A stretch of DNA of 63,840 nucleotides, filler included, from Octopus bimaculoides (GCF_001194135.2; 5 parts of 5 records of this genome joined end to end with filler, not necessarily neighbours in it); one strand, 5' to 3'; positions 37,592 through 50,668 are shown, numbered from the whole stretch's first letter. The notes: generated from the letters alone by a model not told the origin. A program made the numbers and translations.

Positions 37592-38186
37592 GGATCTTTC
37601 TGTAATGGGATCTTTTCCCTTGAATAAAATTAGTGCCGTCGTTTATCAACAACTATCAGCGGTACTGTATTTATGACATCGTTCGTGCGTTTGTATTGGT
37701 TTTAGCTTTAGGGTTTTAGGGTTAGGGTCCTGGTTTTAGAGTTAGGGTTAGGGTTAGGGTTTTAGGGTTAGTGTTTTAGGGTTTGGGTTAGGGTTAGGGT
37801 TATGAGTATTTTTTACCAAATTTGGTGAAAATCTGTTCAATACACCACCACAAATTTTTCCCCAAATTTGGCAAAAATATTCAAAACCCTAACCCTAACC
37901 CTAACCCTAAAACCCTAATTTTATTCAAGGGAAAAGATCCCATTACACCGCACAACATTTTGTTGACAATCCACAGCAGTAATTGTTTTCGCCTCAATAG
38001 ACGTCAGTGATTGGTTGAAATGACCGAAATACGACAACTTTTAACACGAAATAACTTTAAAAAGATAAAATTTTCTCAATAATACTAAGAGTAAAAGATG
38101 TTTTATATGACACATTCTACCAGTGTCCCAAGTTTGAAAGTGTTTCGTTAAGAAAAAAAGTGGCGTCCGCCAAATCAAAAGGATCC
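37592..38186. mobile_element. GGATC-ended TIR element with 8-9 bp TSD carrying telomeric repeats (MULE/Merlin-like; superfamily uncertain)
   Basis: Termini GGATCTTT and AAAAGGATCC; TSD (C)TATTTTTC at 37583-37591 and 38186-38194; internal (TTAGGG)n-like and (CCCTAA)n tracts. Confidence 0.7.
37601..37947. repeat. Fold-back structure with converging telomeric repeats
   Basis: Perfect 33-bp inverted repeat 37601-37633 / 37915-37947; TTAGGG-type array about 37707-37802; CCCTAA array about 37886-37918; inner imperfect inverted repeat around CCAAATTTGG. Confidence 0.9.
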
Positions 38187-38420
38187 TATTTTTCTAGTGA
38201 AATTGATCAGTTTTAAAATTATCCAATCAATACAATAATCTTTGTGCTTGAAGCTCCGTGTTTATGTGTAACACAAGCACGTCAAAGTATTTTCAGTGAC
38301 TTCAATTAAACTATAATCATCAAATGCATGTACAAATAAATTTTGCTTTGTTCTGATGGCATTTCTTTCATTAAACTCCTAAGACTTCTTGCATACATAT
38401 TCTCTCGCCGTCTCTCTCTC

Positions 38421-38470
<50 letters not shown>

Positions 38471-38647
38471 CACACAGACATATGTATATATTAAAATGTG
38501 CATGTTTGTATTTGTCTTCCTCCTCTACCACTTGACAACCGTATAACTTTATGCGTGTGTTAACATGTTTATGTGTATATATGTACGTATGTATCTATGT
38601 TTATATGTAACCTTATTTCTATGCATGTATATCTATACACACACGTA

Positions 38648-39782
38648 AGGCACAGGTGTGACCGTGTGGTAAGAAGCTTGCTTCCCGCCCACATAATTCC
38701 GGGATTAGTTCCACTGCGTGGTACCTTGGGCAAGTTTCTTCTGTAGCCGTGGGCCGATCAAAGCCTTGTGAGTGAATATACATATATATATACTTCATTA
38801 AAAAGCAGCAAAAATATCACAAAAACTGTTACTGGGAGTTTCACGTTCCCATTCGTTTAGAATAGAGCAAGTTAACGTTATATGCAGAAATGGTTTTGTT
38901 TCATTGGTCCTTTCAACTAACAGACTTTTCAATAACCAGTTGCATGAAATAACAAATTGCGGTTTAAAATTATATTATTATAAAAATCAAAGAAAACCTT
39001 AAATCAAAAATAACTTGTGAAGAAGGGAAAAGGCCTGAATATCCAGGGTAAATAATTAGCTGTAAAAATAATAATAAAATAATAAATTAAAAGATGTATC
39101 CGTTTAAAAAATTTTCACGCTAAATTACATATATATTTAGTAAGATATACGCATACCAAACAATCTATAATATACGTAATATACACTAAACATACAGACG
39201 TAGGTACACGGCTACGTACATATACAGACATATATAGGTAAAACATAAATATATACAAATGCATATATATATATACTAGCAGTATAACCCGACCTTGTCC
39301 GGGTGTGACTTATTACGATAAGTCTTGCTAGGTGAAAATCAACTAAAAAAGAAAGCCTTACAACGAAAAAAACCTTATGGTGTAAATATATTCATAGTTC
39401 AAAAGACGATGAAATTAATAGGGAAAGTCTGAAGGCTGTTTTGCGTAAAATTATTAAGCGTGCGTAAATTTCATCCGTCTAATTGGCTATAGAAATGCTT
39501 GCGCAAAACAACTTTTGCGCTGCCCTGATTATACATAGCAAGTAGATGGCTCACAAGAATATAAAACATACACAGGGGCTTCGTGTATGTCTGTGTTTGA
39601 TCCCCTACCATCACTTGACAATCGATGCTGGTGTGTTTATCTCCTTGTAACTCAGAGGTTCGGCAAAAGAGACTGATAGAATAAGTACTAGTCTTACAAG
39701 GAATAAGTACTGGGGTCAATTTCTTCCTTTAAGGTGGTGCTCTAGCATGGCCGAAGTCAAAAGACTGAAACAATTAAAAGAA
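38648..39782 (+). mobile_element. Family A SINE split by nested insertions, including the short Helitron
   Basis: Head at 38648-38775, tail at 39575-39782. Confidence 0.65.
39276..39546 (-). mobile_element. Short non-autonomous Helitron nested in a SINE
   Basis: On the minus strand: A^TCTACTTGCTATGTATAAT at the 5' end and ACCCGGAC-AAG-GTCGGGT hairpin then TATACTG-CTAG^T at the 3' end. Confidence 0.75.
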
Positions 39783-39817
39783 TAAAAGAATATACATAAT
39801 ACATACATACATACATA

Positions 39818-40092
39818 AAGGTGCCGTCCACTGCATCTCACAAAAAAACGAGGTACTGCAACAGCCTCGGTTTCAGAGGACCTCGGCTCTTTAATGCCCT
39901 GCCAAAACATTTGAGAGACCTGCAAGACATGGATATAGAGGTCTTCAAGACAAAACTCGACGCTTTCCTCTCCACGATACCAGACGAACCAATGGCTCGA
40001 AATGAGACACAGTTTAAGGCAGCGATGTCAAATTCTCTTATACACCAGATGTGCCATCAAAACTCTTGATTGGACTATAACAGGTGGAGGAG
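39818..40092 (+). mobile_element. LINE ORF2 C-terminal fragment (CR1/L2/Jockey group)
   Basis: NSLGFRGPRLFNALPKHLRDL...FKTKLDAFLSTIPDEP...AAMSNSL, a typical ORF2 end; stop at 40067-40069; gap follows. Confidence 0.8.
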
Positions 40093-40938
40093 AAGAGCCA
40101 TGNNNNNNNNNNNNNNNNNNNNNNNNNNNNNNNNNNNNNNNNNNNNNNNNNNNNNNNNNNNNNNNNNNNNNNNNNNNNNNNNNNNNNNNNNNNNNNNNNN
40201 NNNNNNNNNNNNNNNNNNNNNNNNNNNNNNNNNNNNNNNNNNNNNNNNNNNNNNNNNNNNNNNNNNNNNNNNNNNNNNNNNNNNNNNNNNNNNNNNNNNN
40301 NNNNNNNNNNNNNNNNNNNNNNNNNNNNNNNNNNNNNNNNNNNNNNNNNNNNNNNNNNNNNNNNNNNNNNNNNNNNNNNNNNNNNNNNNNNNNNNNNNNN
40401 NNNNNNNNNNNNNNNNNNNNNNNNNNNNNNNNNNNNNNNNNNNNNNNNNNNNNNNNNNNNNNNNNNNNNNNNNNNNNNNNNNNNNNNNNNNNNNNNNNNN
40501 NNNNNNNNNNNNNNNNNNNNNNNNNNNNNNNNNNNNNNNNNNNNNNNNNNNNNNNNNNNNNNNNNNNNNNNNNNNNNNNNNNNNNNNNNNNNNNNNNNNN
40601 NNNNNNNNNNNNNNNNNNNNNNNNNNNNNNNNNNNNNNNNNNNNNNNNNNNNNNNNNNNNNNNNNNNNNNNNNNNNNNNNNNNNNNNNNNNNNNNNNNNN
40701 NNNNNNNNNNNNNNNNNNNNNNNNNNNNNNNCACACATACATATACATAGAAAAGAAATTCATTCATATCTCTAGACAGATTAATATTAAGCACTGTTAA
40801 GGAAACGCTGATAAGAAGTTGGTAAAACAGAAGAATAATTTCGTAATGTAATGAGCCGTCCGCTAAATTGTCGAGATGGTTCGGCTCCGATTAGCTTCTT
40901 GGAAGTTATTTCAACTTTAAGAAGTTATTTTATCGCAG

Positions 40939-40979
40939 GCAATAAAGTGTCGACAGAGCTCTACTTAAGCAGAAAGCAG
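40939..40979 (+). CDS. Candidate small exon (xNKVSTELYLSRKQ)
   Basis: TTATTTTATCGCAG|G acceptor, CAG|GTAAAG donor, single open frame, phase 1 to 0. Confidence 0.3.
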
Positions 40980-41719
40980 GTAAAGTATAGCCAAAGAGTC
41001 AGCTAATACAACCATCACTTGCAGCTGATGTTTAAAACTGTGTTTATTTATGGTCATTCCAAGAGTGTAGGTGTGTGAAAAGCAGTTAAGTTTTTCTAAG
41101 TATAGTCTTTGAAGACGGGAGGAAGAAGATGATTGTATCATCTCAGTATATTAGTGGTACTCATTTTATTTACGCCCAGAAAGGTGGTAGCTGGCGAAAT
41201 CAGTAACAAAATGTGCTTATTTCTAATCACACATAGTCAACTTAGCTTTTCCCCTTTTCGGAAGCTGTAGATAAAGCATCAGTAATATCCAACGGGTTGA
41301 TTCGGTTGCTTTTATTTCTCTTCTTTGAGTTGTGACTTTTAGATAATGTGAAAAATCGTTTTTATAAAACCTTAGATGTATGAAGTTTAATATGGTATGC
41401 AGTACATACCATATTTATTTCTCAAAGACTCAAAGTAATGCATGTACATTGGGAAGTTCCGAATGTTTGCTACGTTCTGAATAGCGACAGAGATCTTCTA
41501 CTTTAGAGTAAGAGAAGGAGAAAGAGTAGTAGCTGCTTGTTTAGAGAGAACTAACTACAAATCGCAATGTGATTTCGGTTTGTCGGGAACCTGTCCTGCG
41601 TTGTACATCAGCATTCATTAAGCAATGAAAAAATCAAAATATTGAATTGAATGTTACACATTCCTAGAGGAAAAGAATCAACAAGTACTCATTTAATCGG
41701 AACCTAAAAGGAGATTAAT

Positions 41720-41895
41720 AGAAAAAATAACCCCTAGTGACACCGTATGAGGTCGACTAGCTTGGTGGAAAAAGCAACCAAATGTCCCTCAGATCACGTC
41801 GTGTATAAGGTAGTCCATGGTATAGTGTATCATTAAAATAAGGGACAATCACAGCTGGAAGCATTTGATCATGGGTCAGCTCAGTGAGAGCTGGC
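41720..41895 (+). mobile_element. SINE-like family D fragment
   Basis: GGGACAATCACAGCTGGAAGCATTTGATCATGGGTCAGCTCAG. Confidence 0.45.
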
Positions 41896-42064
41896 AATAG
41901 GCAAACAACAGCTGTATGGTCACGGATTTATTGGACAGAGATAAGTGCATGTGTGTCCGTAAACACTGTTAGTACGCAGGTCGGTGATCCTCGACTTTAC
42001 TTTGATGCTTCTGTTATTAAAATACCGCGATTCTATTGGATCATGAAAATAAAAATTATATATC

Positions 42065-42192
42065 CTCTGACTTGTGACCGGTGTGGAATGAGTTGTAGGT
42101 CCCTTGCAGGCTTTAAAAGCCACATGAGACTTCATCACTGACGAGGAGTGAAATGTATTTAAGAAGTGGTCTTGGTCACCAGGCGATTTCTG

Positions 42193-42200
<8 letters not shown>
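42065..42200 (+). mobile_element. LINE 3' end with C-terminal C2H2 finger (RTE-like)
   Basis: LTCDRCGMSCRSLAGFKSHMRLHH*, short UTR, then (CA)n. Confidence 0.55.
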
Positions 42201-42247
<47 letters not shown>

Positions 42248-42311
42248 NNNNNNNNNNNNNNNNNNNNNNNNNNNNNNNNNNNNNNNNNNNNNNNNNNNNN
42301 NNNNNNNNNNN

Positions 42312-42342
<31 letters not shown>

Positions 42343-42839
42343 AGAGTTGAACAGACAGAACACAACAAAGAGAAAAAGACGAAAGCAGAGCAAATGGAGA
42401 ACCGGACGAAAACTTAACGGACGGGGAATATAGGCAGTCACGATACATGTAATAATCGCAGCTGAGTCTTCCTCGTCAGTCAATGAACCAAAATATCAAC
42501 GCACATCTGTTTGTTTACTTTATATATATACATGAGTATCTGCATATTGTTTTTTGTCTCCCACTGCCGCTTGACAACCGGTGTTAGTTTGTTTACGTTA
42601 GTGTAAATTAGCGGTTTGTCAAAAAAGTCTGTTAGAACAAGGTACCAGGCTAAAAATGTATAAGTATGTATGTATGTATGTATGTATGTATGTATGTATG
42701 TATGTGCAAGCGCCGTAAATCTAATGCAAAAGAACAGAAGAAAAAAAGAAGAAAGTGATGTTTATGTTTACGTGAGTGTATGTATATGTGTATCGTCAGG
42801 TCACAGATCTCATCACAGGCTGAGGAGACTTGCTACCGG

Positions 42840-43070
42840 TACCATGTAAATTATTACTCCCTGTTCCATGGTCGAGTGGTCGGCGACCAAATCGGCTCCC
42901 TCAGTTGAGTAGCTCGCTACTCTTGTGAAGAGGATGTTTGGACACTCAGCGGGACTAAAAAAGTAAGACGTGTCGAAGGATAGATGTGCTCCTTGTAGGT
43001 CAACGGTCATCCAGTCGGGAAAGGCAATGGCTAATTACCCTCGTATTTCTGCCAAGAAATCACTACGTGA
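42840..43070 (+). mobile_element. RTE/BovB-related SINE or LINE fragment
   Basis: GGGAAAGGCAATGGCTAATTACCCTCGTATTTCTGCCAAGAAA (43016-43058) resembles the BovA/RTE motif GGAGAAGGCAATGGCAACCCACTCCAGTATTCTTGCC. Confidence 0.35.
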
Positions 43071-44748
43071 AAGTCAAAATGATATAACGCTATAGGTTCA
43101 TCCGATGGGAGAAGTCGCGATTAATTGGGAAGACTTACATTGTAGTGTCATCAATGCACTCCAAAAAGCGTACGTTACATGACAACGACAATGTATGTGT
43201 GAGTGTGAATGTGTGTGAATATATGTGCGTACGTATGTGTATACAAGAAAGAGAGAGTGAGAAAGCCAGAAGGGGAAAAGAATAGTGACAGAATGAAAAG
43301 ATAACAAAATAGATAATAGAAAGCAACAAGAATAATGTAGTCAAAGATCAAATTGTAGTAAGATGGATCTTGGTGGATAATAATGGTTATAATAGATTTT
43401 AATAGTTTTAGGTTTTAAGATTTCAACAGACTGCCTTACAATTGTATATTGTATGCGTGCGTAGTTGTCATTGTCCCTTATATTATCTTCGTATATAATT
43501 TGTTCAGTTTGCGCCACTGTGTATACACGTGCACAGCCCCCTACTTATATACGCTTATATTTACATAGCAGCAGCTGTGTGGCACGTCTCTTAACTGCTT
43601 CTCATTTTCTTCCTTTTGTTTTCTACTTTCCATTTCTTTTCTCTTTGTTTTTGGGGGGTTTTTTTTGTCACTGGAGTTGATAGCAGTTACAGTATACGTT
43701 GTTCCTTATTTTGATAGCACTCTTTCACACATACCGCCCATACACACGCACAAGCGCATATGCATATATATACACACAGTCGGAATATTTGTGAATCTGT
43801 GTGCGCATGCGTGTGTGTGCGCATACGTGTGAGTGCACATGAGTGTGTGTGTGCGTGCATCTATGTGTCTATGTGCCTAAGTGTATATATACACATATAT
43901 ATTCATATGTATATCTTCATATACATGCGCGCGCGTGCACACACACACAGAGAAAGAGAGGAGAGAAAGATACAATGTATATATGCATATATATAAATAC
44001 ACACGCACACACATACACATATACATGCACATATACATACTTGTAAGTATAATCATGTGTATTAGCGCTTAGGTGTTTAGGTGTTTGTACGAAAGTATGT
44101 AATTGTAGTGTCCGTTTGAGTATAACAACGTGAGCATTTGTACGTTCATACATACGTACGTACGTATGTATGCACGTATGTATATATGCATGCCTGTACA
44201 GTCCACAGATTACGTACAGAAGAGTTGAGAATAAAACAAAGAATTGGTAAAAAAAGGAAAGAGAATAAAAAGCGACGTAATTTTTTTTTCTGCCAAAATG
44301 TGTACAACTGTGTTACAATCTCTTTATCGTGAATGTGTTTTATAAATCTCTTTGTGTATGAATCTGTTTTAGCTTTGTCTGTTTACAGTTGTTCACCGAG
44401 TTCTGTACTAAATTGTTTTTATCACCCAATGTATATTCTCATTCAACAGCCCATAAGCTTTCTTTTAGCTTGGATTGCTTGACATTTCGTTCTATACCTA
44501 AGATATCTGTTTTTAAATCTACGTGCAAAAACACAAAATCATCAAAAAAGTAAGCGTTCAATAGTTGCTTGTGTGAGAAGTATATAGAATGTAGGGTGTG
44601 TGTTTCTGTGTGTGTGTATGTGTATGGCTGGGGGGGGGTGTACAGAGAGAGGAAGAGAGAAAGAGAATGAGAAACTGAGAGACAGGGAAAGAGAGAGCGG
44701 GAGAGAGAAAGTGAGAGAGAGAAAGAGAGAGAAAGAAAGAAACAGAGG

Positions 44749-44802
<54 letters not shown>

Positions 44803-45837
44803 GTGAGCGGGAGAAAGAAAATACATTATTCTATACCAGAATTTCAGCTGGATATTCTTGATTACTTTTCAATTAGATACGAAGAAGATATTCTTGTAGG
44901 AACCGAACATTGCAGTCATGAAAGCTATGAACCCAACATTGTCTAACGGTCTGTTAATTTTGCAGTGCCTATCATGACAGGTCTTGTACAGTGCAGACGT
45001 ATGTAATGTGAGTTCAATTCGAGATTTTCTAGCACAAATTTTGCGATTTTCTCAGTTTCGACCTTTCTGTGTCTCGTTTGATGCCGATACAATAAATTCT
45101 TATGTTCTTTGCACAATGTGATGGCGTATATTTTACCTACAAGATGGCCGATATTTTACCTGTTAATCATAGCCATCATTGTGTATTTCTTAATGAAGGC
45201 ACCCCATAAGACGCCACCATGAAAAAGCACACATATAAGCAGCCAAGATGGTGTTTGTAGATGTTCTTTCGTATAAAACACTTTTGAGCGGTGTAGTTTC
45301 AGACTGCAATCTTAAACTTACTCTACAATATATTTCAAAGTATATTCATATACATACATAGATGTAAATACATACATACATATATATNNNNNNNNNNNNN
45401 NNNNNNNNNNNNNNNNNNNNNNNNNNNNNNNNNNNNNNNNNNNNNNNNNNNNNNNNNNNNNNNNNNNNNNNNNNNNNNNNNNNNNNNNNNNNNNNNNNNN
45501 NNNNNNNNNNNNNNNNNNNNNNNNNNNNNNNNNNNNNNNNNNNNNNNNNNNNNNNNNNNNNNNNNNNNNNNNNNNNNNNNNNNNNNNNNNNNNNNNNNNN
45601 NNNNNNNNNNNNNNNNNNNNNNNNNNNNNNNNNNNNNNNNNNNNNNNNNNNNNNNNNNNNNNNNNNNNNNNNNNNNNNNNNNNNNNNNNNNNNNNNNNNN
45701 NNNNNNNNNNNNNNNNNNNNNNNNNNNNNNNNNNNNNNNNNNNNNNNNNNNNNNNNNNNNNNNNNNNNNNNNNNNNNNNNNNNNNNNNNNNNNNNNNNNN
45801 NNNNNNNNNNNNNNNNNNNNNNNNNNNNNNNNNNNNN

Positions 45838-45869
<32 letters not shown>

Positions 45870-46640
45870 TATACATGTGTATTCGTGTATGTATGTATGT
45901 ATGTATGTAGGGTGTATACATTTATATACTTATGTACATATAAATATAAACACTCACGCATACATACGTACGTACGTACGTACATACATATGCAGACCTT
46001 TAATGAAGTTGATTCTATAAATGTTGTATGGTATCTTATGCAATCGATTTGTTAACAGTAGCAATTAATCAGAGTTACACCAATGACTGTATTTTGCACG
46101 ACCTTTAGTGAAACCCATGGTTAGTTGCTCAAAACTGAAACCTGATAAAACCCAATGGATTGAAACCCATAGATATTCCATAATTATGAATCCTAATTCA
46201 ATCTCTAGCAAACGACTGTGGGCGGTGTACACGGACATAGATAATTATATATATTTTACGAATTAGTACACCAGTTACATGATATTTGTTGTAATTAAAT
46301 ATGTTATGTCTTCTTGTGTGTAGCATATTGACCTCCACTAGTTTGAGTTCCATGTTTGTGCTTCAATAAATCCTAGTGAAAAGGAATATTGAAAGATCAA
46401 AGTTGGTATTTAGTCTCACTTTTGACTAAGTATTCAGTGTGACTATAAAAATGGCCCTCACAATCTCATAAGTCAACACACATCCGCTCACACACACAAT
46501 GGTCTGTAAAGTTGCGATAAACAATCGTAGTCTTCACTATTAGATATATTAATAGTGTTTAAAATCTCACATTGCATCATGTCTCTGAACAGTGACTTTA
46601 AAATGTTCCAGTCCAACTAACACAGCCGTTATCCTTGTAG

Positions 46641-46711
46641 GTGCACGAACAGATCATATTAATCGTTGACAATTTCTATGTCGCTAGAAAGAACTACTTC
46701 AACCATTTAAG
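46641..46711 (+). CDS. Candidate small exon (VHEQIILIVDNFYVARKNYFNHL)
   Basis: ATCCTTGTAG|G acceptor, AAG|GTGAAT donor, single open frame, phase 0 to 2. Confidence 0.3.
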
Positions 46712-48105
46712 GTGAATTATTATTATTTTTTTTTATTGTGGACTGTCGCGGTTCTCGTTTTAGGTTCACCGCTCCATACATATCGCAAGATTACAACAAA
46801 CAGATATGAAAAATATATTATGTTCACACTTTTTTTATGTGCGACTGCTCCAACAGACATGCTCTAAGGTTCCTCAATTTCCAAGAAATAGCAGCACTAT
46901 TTCCCTTAAATCGTCTTTTCTATCTTAAATAGATAAAAAAAAAAACAGGATTTGAGTAGATAATCTAATTCTAATATAGGGTACTGTTGCACTGTTGTTG
47001 TTCATGGGTCAGCGCGACAAGGGTTGAATTAGAGCTTAACAACAACTGCAGCAATAAAAACAACAGAGCCGATAGGAATGCATGTCTATAGCGACATCAG
47101 AAGAATATTTTACAGAATGCTATTCTCAAACTATAGAACTCGAATAAAAATGTTCTCTTGAGTTAATTCAGCATGCCACAGCAATTAGCGAGATGTCTTC
47201 CAGGAAACTAATTTCAGCATTATGTACAACTATTAAATAAACAAAAGTAATGATTAAAGGTAAGCAATTTTTTAAATAAAAAACATTAACCCAACAAAAC
47301 TCCCCAAAATTAATACACTGAAGAACAATCCTTAATGATATAATATGTAATAAAATGTTTATTAAAAATGTCAGTAAGTGATTTGTATGGAAAGGGTTAG
47401 GCATGCATTGGTTTTATTGAATACATATGAAATGGTTCGGATTAGAAGTTTTCAATTGATGTTTCATTATGCCAGCGCATCGAATCTGTGAATGCGTGCG
47501 TTTTTAGTTGCTGAAATTTATTCAGTACAAATGTAGTTAGTGTGTATATATTTATACATACTATCATTTGTATATCATTTGAAGCATACAAACAAATAGT
47601 GATGCACGGGAATGGTGTGTGATATTAACAGGTATGTATCATTATGTGTGCTTGTGTATGTAGGTATATAGGTCTCTGTCTGCATGTGTGTATATATATG
47701 TGTATGTCAAATATGTATATAAAAATGTATAACAGAACATTCCTGAAGATTTGAGTAAAAACTGTTTTAAAATTAATTTGACTTAAATTGATTTAACAGC
47801 TTCTAAATGAAATTAAACTATGATCTATATGCGAAATATATACTTTTAAGCTTTCATGCTGAATATGTTGATCTTTAAGATCGTTTTAGCCGTATTTAGG
47901 GTATTATGCATGCAAGTCGGTCTTACTTGGAATTACTGCAATGTAGTAACCTGTCGTAGTTTAATGACCTGTTACTAAGTAGGCTCTTTATAACTGTGGA
48001 TTTATTCTTTCAATTTTATGCATCAATTCATAATCTGTGTATATGTGTGTGTGTATACATATATATTCATGTATATATAAGTATGTATATTAATATATAT
48101 GTATA

Positions 48106-48139
<34 letters not shown>

Positions 48140-48185
48140 CATATATANNNNNNNNNNNNNNNNNNNNNNNNNNNNNNNNNNNNNN

Positions 48186-48234
<49 letters not shown>

Positions 48235-48954
48235 ATATATACATATACATGCATGCACAAATATGTATATATGCTTATATACTATATCTATCTATGCATC
48301 AGACATGCAAATCAGAAGAACTGAAACAAATTTCAATATAAGCCTCGCTGTAGCTAAATAAATTTTTGAATGATTAACTAACAACCAGCGCCAAAAGTGC
48401 AAATATGCTAATCAGTCTGTCCAGACGATGCTAGCATAATTCATAATTGCTTTGTACACATTAGATCTAGGCCACTGGTTTGGAAGGAAGCTTGGTCAGT
48501 CTTCTCTCGGAAGTGGTCAACAAGTTGTCAAACTTCATCTTTTTTCTTTTTTTTTTACGACACACCAAATATATACGCTGTATTTTACCAGTGTAATATA
48601 TTTAAACACTTCTGTACACCGTTCAATATATACATATATTTCTATCATATATACATTTCAAAGTTGTGCGAAGAATATACCATATCCTCAAGTGTAAAAG
48701 AAAACAAATAACTATGCAACTAACAATACACACATGCATACATGCACATACATAGCATACATACATACACATGCTCATATAATGGGAGATATATATGCAA
48801 ATATGTATCCATATATGCACCTACATATGATCAAAAATGTATATAGAAACTGATGTTGGTCTCTTTTTCATATTCTTTCTCTGTCTGTCTACCTGTCTCA
48901 CTCTCTTTATACACATAACCACACACAAACGCATGCGCACACACATATATATGC

Positions 48955-49090
48955 AACAGGTTTCTTTTAGTTGCCGCTAACTAAATCCATTCACAAGGCT
49001 CAGTAGTAGAAGGCACTCGCTCAAGATGCTACGCAGTGGGATTGAACCCTGCACCATGGGAAGCAAACGTCTTACCAAACTGTCACGCCG
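48955..49090 (-). mobile_element. Family A SINE head half
   Basis: TCCATTCACAAGGC...GCAGTGGGATTGAACCC...CTTACCA. Confidence 0.65.
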
Positions 49091-50005
49091 TTTATATATA
49101 TATATATATATATATATNNNNNNNNNNNNNNNNNNNNNNNNNNNNNNNNNNNNNNNNNNNNNNNNNNNNNNNNNNNNNNNNNNNNNNNNNNNNNNNNNNN
49201 NNNNNNNNNNNNNNNNNNNNNNNNNNNNNNNNNNNNNNNNNNNNNNNNNNNNNNNNNNNNNNNNNNNNNNNNNNNNNNNNNNNNNNNNNNNNNNNNNNNN
49301 NNNNNNNNNNNNNNNNNNNNNNNNNNNNNNNNNNNNNNNNNNNNNNNNNNNNNNNNNNNNNNNNNNNNNNNNNNNNNNNNNNNNNNNNNNNNNNNNNNNN
49401 NNNNNNNNNNNNNNNNNNNNNNNNNNNNNNNNNNNNNNNNNNNNNNNNNNNNNNNNNNNNNNNNNNNNNNNNNNNNNNNNNNNNNNNNNNNNNNNNNNNN
49501 NNNNNNNNNNNNNNNNNNNNNNNNNNNNNNNNNNNNNNNNNNNNNNNNNNNNNNNNNNNNNNNNNNNNNNNNNNNNNNNNNNNNNNNNNNNNNNNNNNNN
49601 NNNNNNNNNNNNNNNNNNNNNNNNNNNNNNNNNNNNNNNNNNNNNNNNNNNNNNNNNNNNNNNNNNNNNNNNNNNNNNNNNNNNNNNNNNNNNNNNNNNN
49701 NNNNNNNNNNNNNNNNNNNNNNNNNNNNNNNNNNNNNNNNNNNNNNNNNNNNNNNNNNNNNNNNNNNNNNNNNNNNNNNNNNNNNNNNNNNNNNNNNNNN
49801 NNNNNNNNNNNNNNNNNNNNNNNNNNNNNNNNNNNNNNNNNNNNNNNNNNNNNNNNNNNNNNNNNNNNNNNNNNNNNNNNNNNNNNNNNNNNNNNNNNNN
49901 NNNNNNNNNNNNNNNNNNNNNNNNNNNNNNNNNNNNNNNNNNNNNNNNNNNNNNNNNNNNNNNNNNNNNNNNNNNNNNNNNNNNNNNNNNNNNNNNNNNN
50001 NNNNN

Positions 50006-50650
50006 AAAGCTTTTAGAGTGGAGCAAAAAAACCTACAGAATTGGTCCCTAGAGCAGTGAAAGAATGTTATTTTCTCGGACGAGTCATCCTTTACCTTATT
50101 TCCGACTACCGGCCGAGTATACGTGTGGAGATAGCCAAAAGAAGCATTTGACCCAGACTGCCTTCTTCCAACTGTTAAACATGAAGGAGGATCTGTGATG
50201 ATCTAGGGGTTATATCTTGGAAATCCGCTGGCCCAATGGTTTCCCTTCATGGCAGGATTAATTGTCAAGACAATATAAGCATTTTATCTGATCAAATTCA
50301 TCTTATGGTTGCAGAAATGTTCCGTAGGGAAAGGCAATCTTTCAGAATGATAATGCACCAATTCACATAGCTAATGTTGTTACTGTATGGCACGAGGAGC
50401 ATTCTAGTGAAGTTGAACATCTTATCTGGCCACCTCACTCCCCAGATCTCAATATTGTTGAACATCTATGGTACATTTTAGAAAAACAAGTAAGGACTCG
50501 ATATCCTCCACCAATATCACTACAAGAACAGGAGACTGTTTTAGCTGAAGAATGGACAAAAATTACCTTGGAAACAATTCAAAGTTTGTACGAGTCCATA
50601 ACTCATAAAATTCAAGCTGTCATCACTGCCAAAGGCGGTCCTACCCCATA
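50006..50650 (+). pseudogene. Tc1 DD34E transposase catalytic-domain remnant
   Basis: Translates, with stops and frameshifts, to VIFSDESSF...VKHEGGSVMI...FQNDNAPIH...WPPHSPDLNIVEHLW...AVITAKGGPTPY; truncated by a gap on the left and the linker on the right. Confidence 0.92.
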
Positions 50651-50668
50651 TACCCCAGTATATATATA

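Noticed and set aside
37707-37918. Relic telomere-telomere chromosome fusion
   Set aside because: The arrays are short, enclosed by a perfect inverted repeat and sit inside a TSD-bounded element, so a transposon origin is more parsimonious.
45121-45222. 33-aa ORF resembling a type II membrane anchor (MAYILPTRWPIFYLLIIAIIVYFLMK)
   Set aside because: No usable donor before the stop; partly built from a 21-bp degenerate tandem duplication; too short to support.
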